From the human T2T-CHM13v2.0 reference genome, Homo sapiens, in the NCBI RefSeq assembly GCF_009914755.1, contig NC_060928.1: DNA of 64,000 bases, one strand, 5' to 3'. Made by a program: the position numbers and the translations under genes. Under the pieces are notes generated by a model. It was not told the DNA's origin. It worked only from the letters and a program-made list of their open reading frames with translations, and ran no database searches. Positions 39,600-52,560 of this stretch are shown in pieces. The first letter of the stretch is position 1; every line of letters starts with the position of its first letter.

Positions 39600-41585
39600 A
39601 AGAAAAATTATTGATGACTAATAGACTATCACTGGAAAAGAATAAAGACTTTAAGCACTGATAAGCACAATCGAAATATTGTAATGTGGTAAATGTTTCA
39701 ATGTGTGAATCTATAATTATACAACAAAGAAAATGTCACTGATCACATTTGGAGGATGCTACCAAATCAAATCTTCATTTTAACATTGGTAAATAGTTGG
39801 AAAATCTCTAGCTCCACCTGTGGAATAACTTTAGTTTACTAGCTTCAGTTAATGGCAAGTTTATGAAGGGAAGTTTCTCTTTAAAGAAGTATTTTGGACA
39901 AATGGCCAAGCAATGATAGAATTAGAATGCCATACTTTTGCAACTCCTAATGATTTGTGGTTCTTTGTAAAGATTGTTAGAGAAATTAAAGCTACCGTTA
40001 TCTAAAGAACAAGACCTGCTTGTCACCTTATGGAGTTACAAGCACAACCAATGAAATAATTACATCTGATCAAGCTTTCAGACCTACCTACCATTTAATC
40101 AGAAATTCAGGACCTGGACTATAATCAGCAAAATTTAGAACTGTAGAAAACAAGCAATGCAGTTTCTTCTATGTCAGAGTTACAAGGGGGTAGAGAATGA
40201 TCAAAAGAGAACTATACATTTAAAAAAGAATTAAAAAACATAACAGCCAATCACAATATAGATAATTTATTTATATCTTAATTCAAACATAAAAAGTAGT
40301 TTCTTAAAAATAAAGTTTTGGAAACATGAATATTGACTAGGTTATTGGTGATATTAAAGTGTAATTGTTAAAATTTAAAGATACAATAGTATAAATATGA
40401 TTATTGTCTTTTCAGAGTTCTTGTTTTTAGATACATATTGAAATGAATTTAATGAGATAGTGAAGCAGGATATTTCCCTGACTCCTTCATGGGACTCATG
40501 ACAGGGGTGCTTGGTTTACTCAGCCTGTTGCTTTCAATTCCTCGTGGAAGGTAATGCACAAGCGAACAAGGCGAGAACTGCAGTTCATGAACGCTGGAAC
40601 CAGCCAGTTGCTTCAGTGCCAGCAGGAGAGAACTCCACTCACTCAGATCTGCTGCGTTCCTCCCCTTGCAGAAGTGAGCACTCAGGTGAGTGGGTACAGG
40701 AGCCGGGGAAAGTCCTTTTGGGTGCCAGCAGGAAAAAATTCCATGTGGGCCCCATGGCAGCATCTGGGGGCATGGGGTGCCTGTGACCCTTGAAGTCCCA
40801 GAGGGCATGTTACAGGGCTCTTTTAGCTTTGCCATAGTGGATGGCTTAAGTATTAACAACTCAGTGGGGCTTCTGCCTTTTTGCATGAGATGGTTGCCTT
40901 CTGCCAGCGAGGTCAGAGGGGCAGTGTGACAGCCTTTTCTATGCGCACTCATGGCTCCCAAGCTCTTGTCTGGCATCCAGGAAAAATAAGGTTGAATGAA
41001 CGAATGGAAGAATGGTAAATGAGTGGGGTTTTATCACCAATGAAAGTGGCTTTCAGTGGGAAGGGGAGCTGGAAAGGAGATGTGGCTGGTAAGTAATCCT
41101 CCTCTGAAGTTCACCCATCTCCAGCTGGATTCTTCTCTAAAGTTATGCCATCAAGCCATCCCTCTTAAGTCAAGCTGCTTCTCTCCAAGGTCAAACTGTA
41201 GTCTCCAACATCCTGCTGCTTCTGCTCTCTGCTGGCTGAGTCTGGGGTCTTTATAGGCACATGATGGGGCAGGATGGGGTCATGAGTGGTTAGGAAAAGG
41301 CAACATTTGAGCGGGAAAGCAGGGATATAAGTTCTCACTTTGGGCAGTGGTCTCAGGCTTTTTGGCTTGAAGGTGGGACTCCAACAGGGACCCTGCCTTT
41401 TCTGCCTAGAATTTCTCTGCCTCCTGTCCCTATCAATAGTGTCTGGGATCTGGGTCAAGCAAAATATATCTTGAAATGATTATTGTAAAAGCTAGGTGAT
41501 GAGTATATAATATTTCAAATACAATTCTCTTAATTTTTGCCAGTTTTTGAAAGTTTCCATCACGAAAATTTAAATAATAAATATT
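39600..41585 (+). mobile_element. L1MC-type 3' region split by an LTR1-family insertion
   Basis: atctgatcaagctttcagacctacctacc, tgaatattgactaggttattggtgatatt; resumes gctaggtgatgagtatat. Confidence 0.6.
40461..41435 (-). mobile_element. ERV1 solo LTR, LTR1D/LTR28-like (975 bp)
   Basis: Minus strand starts TGATAGGGACAGGAGGCAGAGAAATTCTAGGC; TATA CCTATAAAGACCCC; ends CCTGCTTCA; TSD ATAG. Confidence 0.88.
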
Positions 41586-43178
41586 TTTGAAATGTCTTCT
41601 CATTGTGTTTCAAGACAATTAAAGGATTAAAATGGCCAAACTTCCACAGGATACAGATTTAAGCACAGGGTGAATACTTTAGAAAAAGTACAAAAACTAG
41701 CTGAAGCTGTTACTCTCCTCCCATATAGTTAAAGTTATTACATAAAACAGAAACTTTGGTTACTCATTTAGCCTGGATAATTAGTTCTAATTAATGAAGT
41801 CATAAGTGGAACATAGATTTATTTAATTTTTTGTAGTGAATTTTGAATATACTTAAGGAATATTCCATATACAAAAATGTAAGGCATTGCTAAAGAAATT
41901 TTGCTGAGTGTGATTGACTAGTGAAATATAATTCAGGTCTTCCTTTCTCCACTTTAGAGATTAGGGTTCTGATTTTTTTTCCTATTGCCCCAACTAAATC
42001 AGAAATAGAAAGAAATGGCTAGGGAAAACAAATAGTTTTCAATTTGCCACAGAAATTTAACGTTAAATCATCTAACTGGACCATTCTTAAAAAAAGAAAA
42101 ATTGCCAAACACGACTGTCTAAAAACAATATGTAGGTGGTTGTGACAATCAGATGTCTAAACAAAACATATGGCCTTTTAACATCTTTAAGATCAGAATG
42201 CACAGTGACATTTGTCATAAGCATTATAAACTGAAAAGGAAAAATATTTTACCTTTTTTTCTTCTTAATTATTTTTCTCTTTCAGTAGTACATAAAAATT
42301 AAGGAGTCACCACTTTCAATCTGTACATTCTTAAGGCTCAAGATTATAGTAATTTTATTAGCCAGAATAATGAGATGCATCATAGATCTATTAGCCAGTA
42401 AATAATGCATTTGGCAATATAACACTCCCGTGAATAAGAATTGTTATGCTTATTTTTTTCTAACTTTGTAGAAGGGATATGGGATACTACTTATCTTTCC
42501 TTTTTTGATGAAATAATTGAGAAAAATGGATAGTTAATGACAAGGATGAAAAGCAAAATGGTGTTTTGCTCAGTGTTCTTCATCTATGGGCTCTAGAGCA
42601 CTTGTAGAATATTAATTAAGCCACTTTGATGAAGAAACAATTTTTGAAAAGTAAGAAATGGAGAAAATAAAAATATAAATAATTTGCTGAAGGACACAGT
42701 ACAGCATGACTTTGTAATTCTTCTGTCATTCCTTTTATGTTTATTGTGATTTACCACAGCACACTTTGTAATCAGAGATTCAACAAAAGCAAGAATTTGT
42801 TCTACTTGCTCACTTTTTGGGGATAAAATAATAATTTGTTGAACATACCTGGAAATTTGCAATTAGCAAAAATATTGCCCGTAATTTTATCAGCAAGCCT
42901 CAAGATAAAGATGAATTCACCTAAGACAAGATTGCCTAAAATTCAATCTAGTTTAAATGATTTAAATGTTTAAAGTTTTATACACTTGAATTCTAGATCA
43001 ACAGTATTTGTATCCATTTTCTGGCCATACATCGTATTTGCTATTCTGGTCAGGAGCTTCACAAAAACTGTGAACAAATCAACAGTATTTGTATTCATTT
43101 TCAAAAATTTAAGCACTTTTACACATTTTCTCAATTTTAAAAATTGATAATCTGATTCCAACTTTGTCTTTAGAAGAA

Positions 43179-43181
<3 letters not shown>

Positions 43182-43221
<40 letters not shown>
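43182..43221. repeat. (AT)20 microsatellite
   Basis: Perfect AT run. Confidence 0.95.
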
Positions 43222-43223
<2 letters not shown>

Positions 43224-43274
43224 CTTTTTTGCATTGGATATTAAGTTCCTTAACAAAATCACTATATATTCTCA

Positions 43275-43704
43275 GATTCTGCGTTGTGCCACCCAGATTC
43301 CCATTCAGAAATAGAGGACTTGTAGCCCCAGCTGGACATGCGATTATCACAAGGCCTCCGGCTCTCAACATCCACAGGAATTACCTGAGCTGACAAGAAC
43401 TACCTCACACAAAGCCACACCCCTTACCTTGGGTGGCCCATCCAAAGACTGATCAATGTCAGAGTAATAAGGACCTGCCTCATTTGCCTTGATTGCAGGC
43501 CACTCTAGACTTCCATCTCAACATCAGAGCTCCATCTGGGGTCAACTGAAGCTAAAATTAGGACTGCATCACAGCTCAACTTCTTTCTCTGACCAGTCCT
43601 ATTTCCTTCTCTTTTCCTCCACAGGTGGTGATCTTAAGAACACTGTCCAATCATCCTCCTCCACACCAAAATGTCTGCTTCTGAAGAAACTTGATGTCAG
43701 TAAC
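43275..43704 (+). mobile_element. ERVL LTR, LTR16C-like
   Basis: gtgccacccagattccc...gactgcatcacagctcaacttc...ccacaggtggtgatcttaagaacact. Confidence 0.7.
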
Positions 43705-45769
43705 AAAGAAATATATTTCTCTTATTTTTATGTTTCAGTATATAATAAAGAATCAATTTGGGGGAAAAATTGGGAAATTATTGTTTAACCCCCCCGCCCC
43801 ACAAAGTAGACTTCAATTTTAATGCAAAGTGAATTTCAATAGTGAAGCTATTTTATAACAAATAAGAAGATGAAAGTATGTAATAAAATTTATAATGGGC
43901 ATTGATATGTAATCTTTGCAGTCTAGTCTATCTTTACCACTCAGTTTGGCCACAACCATGCTGAAACACTGATTCACAAATTATGTTTTATCAAATGGTA
44001 TCAGTGTTCCCATGACCAGAATTACTAACTTATACAAAGCTAGTTACAGAAACCTAAGACAAACAAATGTGGTTTAAACAAAACAGAGGCTTACTTTTTT
44101 CTCATTTATATCATCAATATCACACACTTCTGTCTTTCGTCTTCACCATCCTTAACATGTGACTCATAGTGATAATATCATTGCACAAGAAAGATAAATG
44201 AAGAGGAAAAAGTAAAAGTTTAATTACTGCTGCTTATACCTCATTGTCTATTTTTGTCTGGGATGAAGCCTGAGAAGTGAAGTCTTTCTATGAGGGGGTA
44301 GGAGGTCATATTTCTACCTCCAATAGTATAGATAATTTAAGAAATAAGGAGAATTTATATTGAGTAGAAAATTAAGCAGTCCCTATTGGAGAAGAAACCC
44401 TTCAATCGAGGCACAAAATTATAACAATCTATATGCATTCATGATGTATTCTATAATTTCTTTTACTCACAAGTCAGTGAAAAGGAGTTTAATAAGTTCT
44501 GTTAGTGTTCCCTCCTCAGTAAGAATGTAACAATTAATTCATATCCCACTAAGTTGTAGTAAAGACGAATTCTCTGCAAATCCAGTAAATTATCTGAGTG
44601 GTAGAGAACTTCATGTTTTATTCTCATCACATAAATTAAAAAATACTTAAAAGGAGGATGAGTCAAGGCTGTAGTTCTGATGATGACAAAGACTTTCTTC
44701 GTGTTAGACAAGACTGCTGCAATAATATATATAAAAAAAATAGTGCAGCACTTGCCAATGTGGAAATTAGAGAGTCACAATTTTTGTGACGCTCTTGACC
44801 AGAATAGCAAATAAGATGTATGGCCAGGCGTTGTACATTTCACTTATATTGTAACTCTAAGCTTTCTTTTTCAGACAGAGCTAATTGGTAAAGGGATTTT
44901 CCAAACAATTAAAGGCACAAAATATATTTTTAATCATCAGGAAGCTACTGAAAAATTAGTAATTCTCCTATTTAATGGCATTAATACGCACACAACAGGA
45001 AAAGCAGAATCTTATAGCCTTGAGGGAAGGCAGAATTTCATTCTAATTGCATACTGATTGGAAATGGGATAGCTGCCATTTTCTTCAAAATATTCATTTC
45101 AAAATACTGAAAGATAACTTTGGTATTTCTAGATCAGATAATGTAATTTGGTAGCAGAAATGGCTTCAATTTTCTTCCCTTGCTCTAAGGCTCAAACCAA
45201 CTCAAGCATTTCCAAGGCACATGTCCAAATTAGTTATCTGTTTTCTGAACAGATGCTTATGTGGTTTCATCTGCTGCAAATTAATAATAAATAATTTATC
45301 ACATATGTGTTATCTAATTTTCGAATACATTTCTACTTGTTTTTTTTTCAATAAGATACTGAAGAGTTAAGCGTGAAATATCTCAGACCAAACTAACGTT
45401 TTGCTCTTTCCAGTTTCTATTTACTCAGATTAATATGGTAATTCGATTCATTGAAATTAACCACAATGTTCCTGGTTAGAGTCTGTTAAAACTTCTCTTC
45501 AAAAGTTAATTTACTAATTTGAGGTTCTTTTAAGATAAGGTTTATTTCAAGTTGCTTTAAATGGGTTCACTTTGAAATTCAGTATTTATGCATCGTCATG
45601 TTGCTTGAAATTAGAGATAGAAATACCACCAGATTATCATATTTTCTCTTATTTTTGTTATATTTTAAAAAGTGTTCAATTGCAGCATGGAGTTAATATA
45701 AAAATCACAACAAATAAAAAAGTCCAACACACATATTTATATGTAAATACCATATAAAGAGGAGTTCTA

Positions 45770-46065
45770 ATTTTATTCTGTTAATTTAATTTAATTTAAA
45801 TTTAAATTATTTAATTTTATATTAAATTAGTGGTCCAATTGTAGCAAATTATAACATTCTTGGTATTAATATTTGTAACTACCCAAATAAGTGTTTTTAG
45901 ACATATTGTTATGAATTCAAGAAAAGAACATTGAACTACTTTTAAACAGTAATTAACACCCTCATTAACTTTGTTAATAATATGATAATTAATTATTAAT
46001 AATAAAATTTGTTAATTAATTCAATAATATCAAAATTTAATAATACATAGTTATTAATTGTTAAA
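45770..46065. repeat. AT-rich low-complexity tract
   Basis: ttaatttaatttaatttaaatt and aattaattattaataataaaa runs. Confidence 0.75.
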
Positions 46066-47611
46066 AACTCACCATTGGTTATCATCACATTCAATTAGAT
46101 ATAAAAATGCAAATTTTATTTTCTAGAAAAAAAAGAAAAGCTTTTATTTTACTGATTTAAAGTATGAACCAGTAGCCTTTGAGTCTTCTCATCACAGATG
46201 TACACTAAAACTATATATTATCTCAACTAATTAGTTTTTAGGTGAGTTAACTTTGGGATTTCTAGATCAGAAAATGTAATTTGTTAGAAGAAATGGTTTC
46301 AGTTTTTACGCAATTTAAAAGTTTATTATCGGAAGATAATAACTCAGGAGTCAATAGAACATTTAATTATATACAGACTTTTAAGAATATGTTGGATAGA
46401 AATTTCGACTTTTGAACCTCTTAATAGAAAAAGTTTGCTATTTTTTACAAGCATTTTGTGTTACTTCAAGTGGTAAAATCATTTTAAAGATAAACTATTT
46501 TGTTTGAGAAAATTTGACTAATATGTTTTTTTAATTTCAATGCACATTATTTTTATTATATACTGGATTAGAATGTTCCCAGTACACAACCCCCTCAAAG
46601 TACTTACCATCGCTAAAAAGAAAAACTGTACACATCTAAAATAATGGCAAAATAGAACTACCAATAAATGTAATAAGAACACAGAGTGAATATATATTTA
46701 TTTTGGAAAGGATATCTGTACCAGTTATAACAAGACAACTTCAAAGTACAGATCAAACATAAATATTCTTTTATCATGGGAGGGTGCCCATTACTGGCAT
46801 ACAAGAACTGGCATATGACAGTTCACATTTCTATAAACCAATAAAATATCATTTCAATGGATTGCTTTATTAGCCATGTGTATCATTGTCTAATACATAT
46901 ATCACTACAATAATTTTTAATCATTTTAAATGACAACATATGTTCTTCATTTTTTCAGGTTTACATATTTGAAATAATCTAGAAAAAATTCCCACTAAAA
47001 GAAAAACCTCTTCATTAATTAAACAGAAAAAATATAAATTTTAAAATAAATTATGTCATCCCAAGTATAAAGCAGTAATGTTGGCTACATCCAATAGTCA
47101 GAACTGATTATCCCCTAGTTATAGTAACTATCCTATTCAGTGTTTTCTAGATTTGTGCTTAATTAAATAAGAGATGAAAATATATTTGTCAAGAGTATTG
47201 GGTATAAACAAGCCATATGTTCGAAATACAAAATAGAACAAACTATTATATGTGACATGTAAACTTTTTTCTCGGTTTGGCCAAAATCATGCAAATTTGT
47301 ATCAAGGTTGAGTACTTTTCTCAATCAAAATATTTTGGTTTTAAAATGCTTTTACCTTATCAAGCAAAGGAAATATTTTCAATTAGGAACTAGCTGCATA
47401 CACCACTGGTAGCTATGTAAATTGGTACATGTTTTGAGCAGCAATTTGTTAGTCCATGATCAGAAACTTGCAAATAATTATATTTTGGATCCCATGGCTC
47501 CAATGAATATTCTTAGGAAATAATGAAATACAGAGTATGAATGGGAAGAAGATATTGAACTAAAATGTTTAATAGAATTGCTTACACTAGGAAAAACTGG
47601 GGTCACCTCAG

Positions 47612-48100
47612 GTGTACGAAATCTTGGTTTGGGTTCCCAGAAAAGTAAACCTATGACATATGCAGCTAGTTTATTTGGAAGGTGATCCTAAGAATCATGA
47701 AAGAGGGAATTATAAGAGTGAGATAAAATAAGAGATAACATTAATAAAGTGAGTTAATGATCTGGTTACTGCTTTTGGATCTTGCTGTGATCCATCTGAA
47801 AAATCATACCAATATTTGTATCATTTTCATCTTGCAAAAGACAGAAGGTTGGTGCCTTTAACTTTTGAACCCTAATAGATGAAAATTTCCTCAGCCTTTC
47901 AACCCTCACATTCTGAGCTATCACATATTCCTGTAGTTTTGAAAACAAAACAAAAATTAAGGACAGAAAATCTAAAAGCAGTGTTGGGGTTTAAATTCAA
48001 ATGCTGAGAGTTTACATAGGAACTGTTAACTACAGTTGCAACTAGAATCAGTAATGGGCTGAAAATATGCGGATCAGTGCACTATAAGCATCTGACACAA
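47612..48100 (-). mobile_element. LTR33-like ERVL LTR; adjacent ERVL-internal-like sequence may extend to ~49680
   Basis: gggttcccagaaaag...tagtttatttggaaggtgatcc...agcatctgacaca. Confidence 0.6.
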
Positions 48101-48276
48101 ATAACTACTTGTTACACTCAAATTAGGGCACGCCCCAAATCAAGTGCACTCAATGCAGTGGCTTGTCACACTAAAAAAAATGTAACATAGGAAAGTTAGT
48201 GGAATAAATATCACCCACACCCTGCAGCTAGTCCTGAGACCCTAACTAATGGTTTTACAACCTCCTCTATGAATAC

Positions 48277-49205
48277 TGTCACTGGATCCTTGGGATGTTG
48301 CTCGACCTTTGCCTGCTGAGCTCATTTCGCCAACTCAGCATGGCAGGCTGCACTCAGCTAGCATGACCAGCCTGAATCTCATGCCTGCCGAGGGCGAGCC
48401 AGAGAGGTGTGTGGAGCAGAGAGAGGTGTGTGAGTGAGCGAGCATGGGGTCCAGCCACTGTGCACAGCCAAGCACTCTAGGTGCAGTGGGGCAAGCTGCT
48501 CCAGGTGCCAGTATGGGCACCAGCTCCCTGCAAGGCTGCAGCTGGACCAGGCATGCCCCAAGCAGCTTCCACAGCTGGGACTAGGGAACACAGTGGTGCC
48601 TAGAAGCTTGGAGACGCCAGGAACCACAGAGCCCCAGAAAGGGTGTCACAGCCCTGGCTCGGGGAGCTCCTAGGTCTAGGCTCCCTGAAGGGCTGTAGCT
48701 CTTCTCCCTTCTCTTTTCTCATTCTTGTGGTTCACCACGTGGCAAGCAAGGGGCATGTTTGAGGCCTGTTTGTGTTTGTGTGTGACAGGGGGCTGTCATG
48801 TCAACGCTGCCCCAAGCATGCACACGTGAGCTGGGTTGCAACAGCACCAGGCTTGGCCTCAACTTTGCTCTAACATTGGAGAGGTAGCCAGGAGCAGGGA
48901 GAGGGAGCCAGGAGCAGGGAGAGGCCAAGCAGCAGGAGCAAGCACTTCCAAGCCTGCGGGGGCAGGGGGATGCTTCCCGGGCCTCTGAGAGTGCAGAGAT
49001 GCCCCATCTGCAGCCACACAGCTAGGTGACTGGAGTTGTGCCTCTGGAATGTGAAGCTCCCACCCTGCCAACTTAGAAGGGGATGGGGTTTCTGCCTGAT
49101 CCTGGCTCACACCAGCTATGCAGAGGGTGTAGCCCCAGCCACGCCTCCCCCACTGCAGCTGGCATCAATGCAGTGGCCACTCCAGATGAGCCACCACTGC
49201 CATCA
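48277..49205 (-). mobile_element. MER52 ERV1 solo LTR, internally deleted
   Basis: Minus strand starts TGATGGCAGTGGTGGCTCATCTGGAGTGGCC; GC-rich; ends GGATCCAGTGACA; TSD ATAC. Confidence 0.88.
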
Positions 49206-49689
49206 ATACTATTTTGGTATCACTCTCAGACATCGTTTCAGCTTCCCTAGGTAGCTTGCATGGGGGAGTCATCCAGATTTCAAATCATGAGGGACCAGAG
49301 GCCCTAGTACTTTTACCCTCTGGTCTGGCCATTCTTATGTTTTACCAGACGTGGAAGCAACAAGAAGAACCACAGTGAATCCCTCAAGTCCCTGACACAC
49401 ACATATGAGTCTGCTATGTGCATGTGGAGGGCCTGCTACCTACACATGATAATCAGAATAGATTATCCTCTACAGTATATGAATTATGTACTTTCCTGCT
49501 GGACATTGTTAAATGACATGGTGTATCATCTCATGTTTCAACTTATAAACAGCATCTTGTAGCATAGACCTCCAACTCTTCAAGGTGTCATTCAGAATGG
49601 TCACTGTAGCTACGTGTTTAATGATCACCTATGCAGGATTTCATCACTGTAAATCAGACACTCTCTATGCCCTCAGATCATAAAATAAT

Positions 49690-50750
49690 GAATGTTTCTT
49701 ATCAAAATCCATTTTCAAGTAATATTACTCCACTTCACATATAGTATAAGAACCTCTCAGTGGCATATTTTCATTTCTCCTCTCCTAGTCCTTATAATAT
49801 TAATGTGAAACATTATACTCACATATATGTTATAAAGCTCACAGCTCATTGTTATTATTTGTTTAAATTGTCAATTATCATTTTTAAAGATCTAAAAAAA
49901 ATTTACCCATTACATTACCATTTATTCCATTTGTGTCTCCAGATTTCAATCCAGTGTCATTTTCTTCTGCCTGAAAGATTTCCTTAAATGTTTCTCATAG
50001 TGTAGATCTCCTGGTGACAGATCTTTTCAGTTTTTCTATGTTGATGGTTTTCTATTTCACTTACTTTTAAGAAAGATTTTCAGTGAGAGTAGAATATAAG
50101 GTTGACATTTTTTTCTCTTTAGTGATTTAAATATGTTGTGCCATAGTCACCTTGTTTACATTATCTTCAATGAGATATCTGCTTTCACCCACATCTTTGT
50201 TCTTTTCTATGTAATGAGCTCTTTTTGACTGCTTTTAACATTTTTTATCGATGGTTTTAATCAATTTGATTATAATGTATCTAGCATATTTTTCTTTATG
50301 TTTATTGTGCTTGAAGTCTGTTTAGATTCATGGATCTTTCGTTTTAGAATTTTTTTTTTTTTTTTTTTTGAGATGGAGTGTTGCTCTTGTTTCCCCAGCT
50401 GGAATGCAATGGCGTGACCTTGGCTCATTGCAACCTTCGCTTTCTGGGTTCCAGTGATTCTCCCGCCTCAGCCTCCTAAGTAGCTGGGATTACAGGCATG
50501 TGCCACCATGCCTGGCTAATTTTGTATATTTAGTATAGATGGGGTTTTGCCATGTTGGTCGGGCTGGTCTTGAACTCCTGACCTCAGGTGATCCACCCAC
50601 CTCGGCCTCCGAAGTGCTGGGATTACAGGCATGAGCCACCACGCCTGGCCCATTTTAGAATTTTTAAAATCAAAATTGAAAAGTTTAGCCATCCTAATAT
50701 CTTTTCGTGTTCTCCTCCTCATTCCTCCTCTTCTTCGGGAATTATAATTG
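49690..50750 (-). mobile_element. Old L1M fragment (ORF1 / inter-ORF region), interrupted by an Alu
   Basis: ttcttctgcctgaaagatttcc...tagaatataaggttgaca...caatttgattataatgt. Confidence 0.7.
50350..50650 (-). mobile_element. AluSp/Sq
   Basis: ttgctcttgtt...gcaatggcg, cctgacctcaggtgatcc; TSD ttttagaattttt. Confidence 0.93.
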
Positions 50751-50774
50751 ATGACTTTTAAGTGTTATTCCCAT

Positions 50775-52560
50775 TTAGCAACTATCTCAATCAAATCACA
50801 AAAAGCATTTGAAAAAATGCAACATTCACTCCTGATTAAAATTATCAGGAACTAAAAATAAAAGGGAACAGCCTCAACTGATAAAGTGCATTTATAAAAA
50901 TTATAGCAGAGACAGGAACACAAGAAAGATATCTCCTCACAGAACTTCTATTCAACATTCTACTAAAATGTAGGGCAGTGCAATCAGGCAAGAAAAATAA
51001 ATAAAGCACATCCAGATAAGAAAAAAGGCAGTGATATTGTCTTTATTTCCAGACAACATCATTATATATGCATATAATCCAGCAGAATCTTAAAAGCAAG
51101 CTACTAGAACAACAAATAAATTTAGTGAGGCAGTAGAACATGAAATCAGTAAAAAAAATCTTTTGTATATCTACATACTAGCAATGAACAACTAGAAATT
51201 AGAATAACTTTTTAAAAACTTTTTATTTTATTTATTATTATTATTATTTTTTGAGACAGAGTCTTGCTCTGACATTCAAGCTAGAATGCACTGGCACATT
51301 CATAGCTCAATGCAACCTCGAACTCCCTGTTTTGGTCTCCCAAGTAGCTGGGACTACAGGTGTGTCACCACAACTTGTTCATTTTTTTAATTTTTATTTT
51401 TAGCAGAGGTGAAGTCTCTCTATGTTGCCCAGGCTGGTCTTGAACTCTTCGGCTCAAGCAATCAACCCGCCTCAGCCTTCCAAAGTCCTGGGATTAGAGG
51501 TGCAAGTCACCACATCTGGCCTAAAATAACTTTAAAATTCTATCTATTTATGGATAAATTTAACAAATTATGTAAAATGCCCATACATGGACAATTACAA
51601 AACATGTCTGATAAAATACTTGTATTTAGAAAAATATAAACAACTCTCAAAACTCAGTAACATGAAAACAAATAAACCAATAAAAAATAGGTACAAGATT
51701 TGAACAAAAACTTCATCAGAGAAGATATATGGATAGTAAACAAGTATATGAAGAGTCCAATATTAAGCAGTCATTAGAAAAATGAAAATTAAATATGTAA
51801 TGAAATAGCATTATATACCCATTAGAATAAATAAGATTAAAAATAAACTAAATAAAACAAAAACAAAGCTTACCCATACTAAGTGTTGATGAGAATGTGG
51901 GAAACTGGTAGTCTCACACCTTGCTGATTCAAATATAAATTCAAAATTTTAACTTTGGAAAACATTTGACATTTTTCTAAAATATTAAACATACACCTAT
52001 TACATAATAATATTAAATTTCACTCCTAGGTATTTACCCAGAAAAAAAGAAAGAAAATGTCCATACAGAGGCTTATACATGAGTGTTAGGGGCTATAAGT
52101 GAAATAGCCCAAAACCAAAAACAGCTCAGACTTCCCCACTAGGGAAATGGATAAACAAATCGTGATATATTGATAGGGTAGAATACTACTAACCAATAAA
52201 AAATGAGTGAACTATTGATGCATACAACATAGACGATACTCAAATAATTGTGTAAAAAAATTTACACAAATGTGTCATCCTCTATGATTCCACTGATTTA
52301 AAACTTCAGAAAAGAATACTTAATGTATAATCAAATAAGGTACAGCCATGATTGCCTGGGGAAGGAGAAGAAGAGAGTTTCAAGACAAAATAGATTTTAT
52401 AGAGACATGAGTAAGTTTTTTGGGGGTGAAAGATAAGTTGACCCTCTTGATTGTAGTTATTGTTTCAGGGATGTGTTCATATTTCAAAGTTGTCAAATTA
52501 TGAATAATAAAAGTACTGCACTGTATATCAATTTACTGTATCTCAAAAAGTTGTCAAAAA
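50775..52560 (+). mobile_element. Old L1M ORF2 pieces and 3' UTR, interrupted by AluJ
   Basis: aaaagcatttgaaaaaatgcaacat, cttctattcaacatt, cactcctaggtatttacccag, aaatggataaacaaat. Confidence 0.8.
51220..51521 (-). mobile_element. AluJ
   Basis: tatgttgcccaggctggtcttgaactc; (TTA)n tail; aataacttt TSD. Confidence 0.88.

Noticed and set aside
40449-40976. Longest ORF (175 aa)
   Set aside because: Lies within a GC-rich LTR1-family LTR; no recognisable domain
42997-43102. Repeat-spacer-repeat layout superficially like a CRISPR unit
   Set aside because: Only two repeats, eukaryotic context, no cas genes; the spacer derives from nearby DNA
42970-43393. 133-aa ORF with an IYIY run and repeated NTVDL
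   Set aside because: Explained by the (AT)20 repeat and the 25-bp duplication
48886-48924. 20-bp tandem duplication in MER52
   Set aside because: Ordinary slippage within a GC-rich LTR
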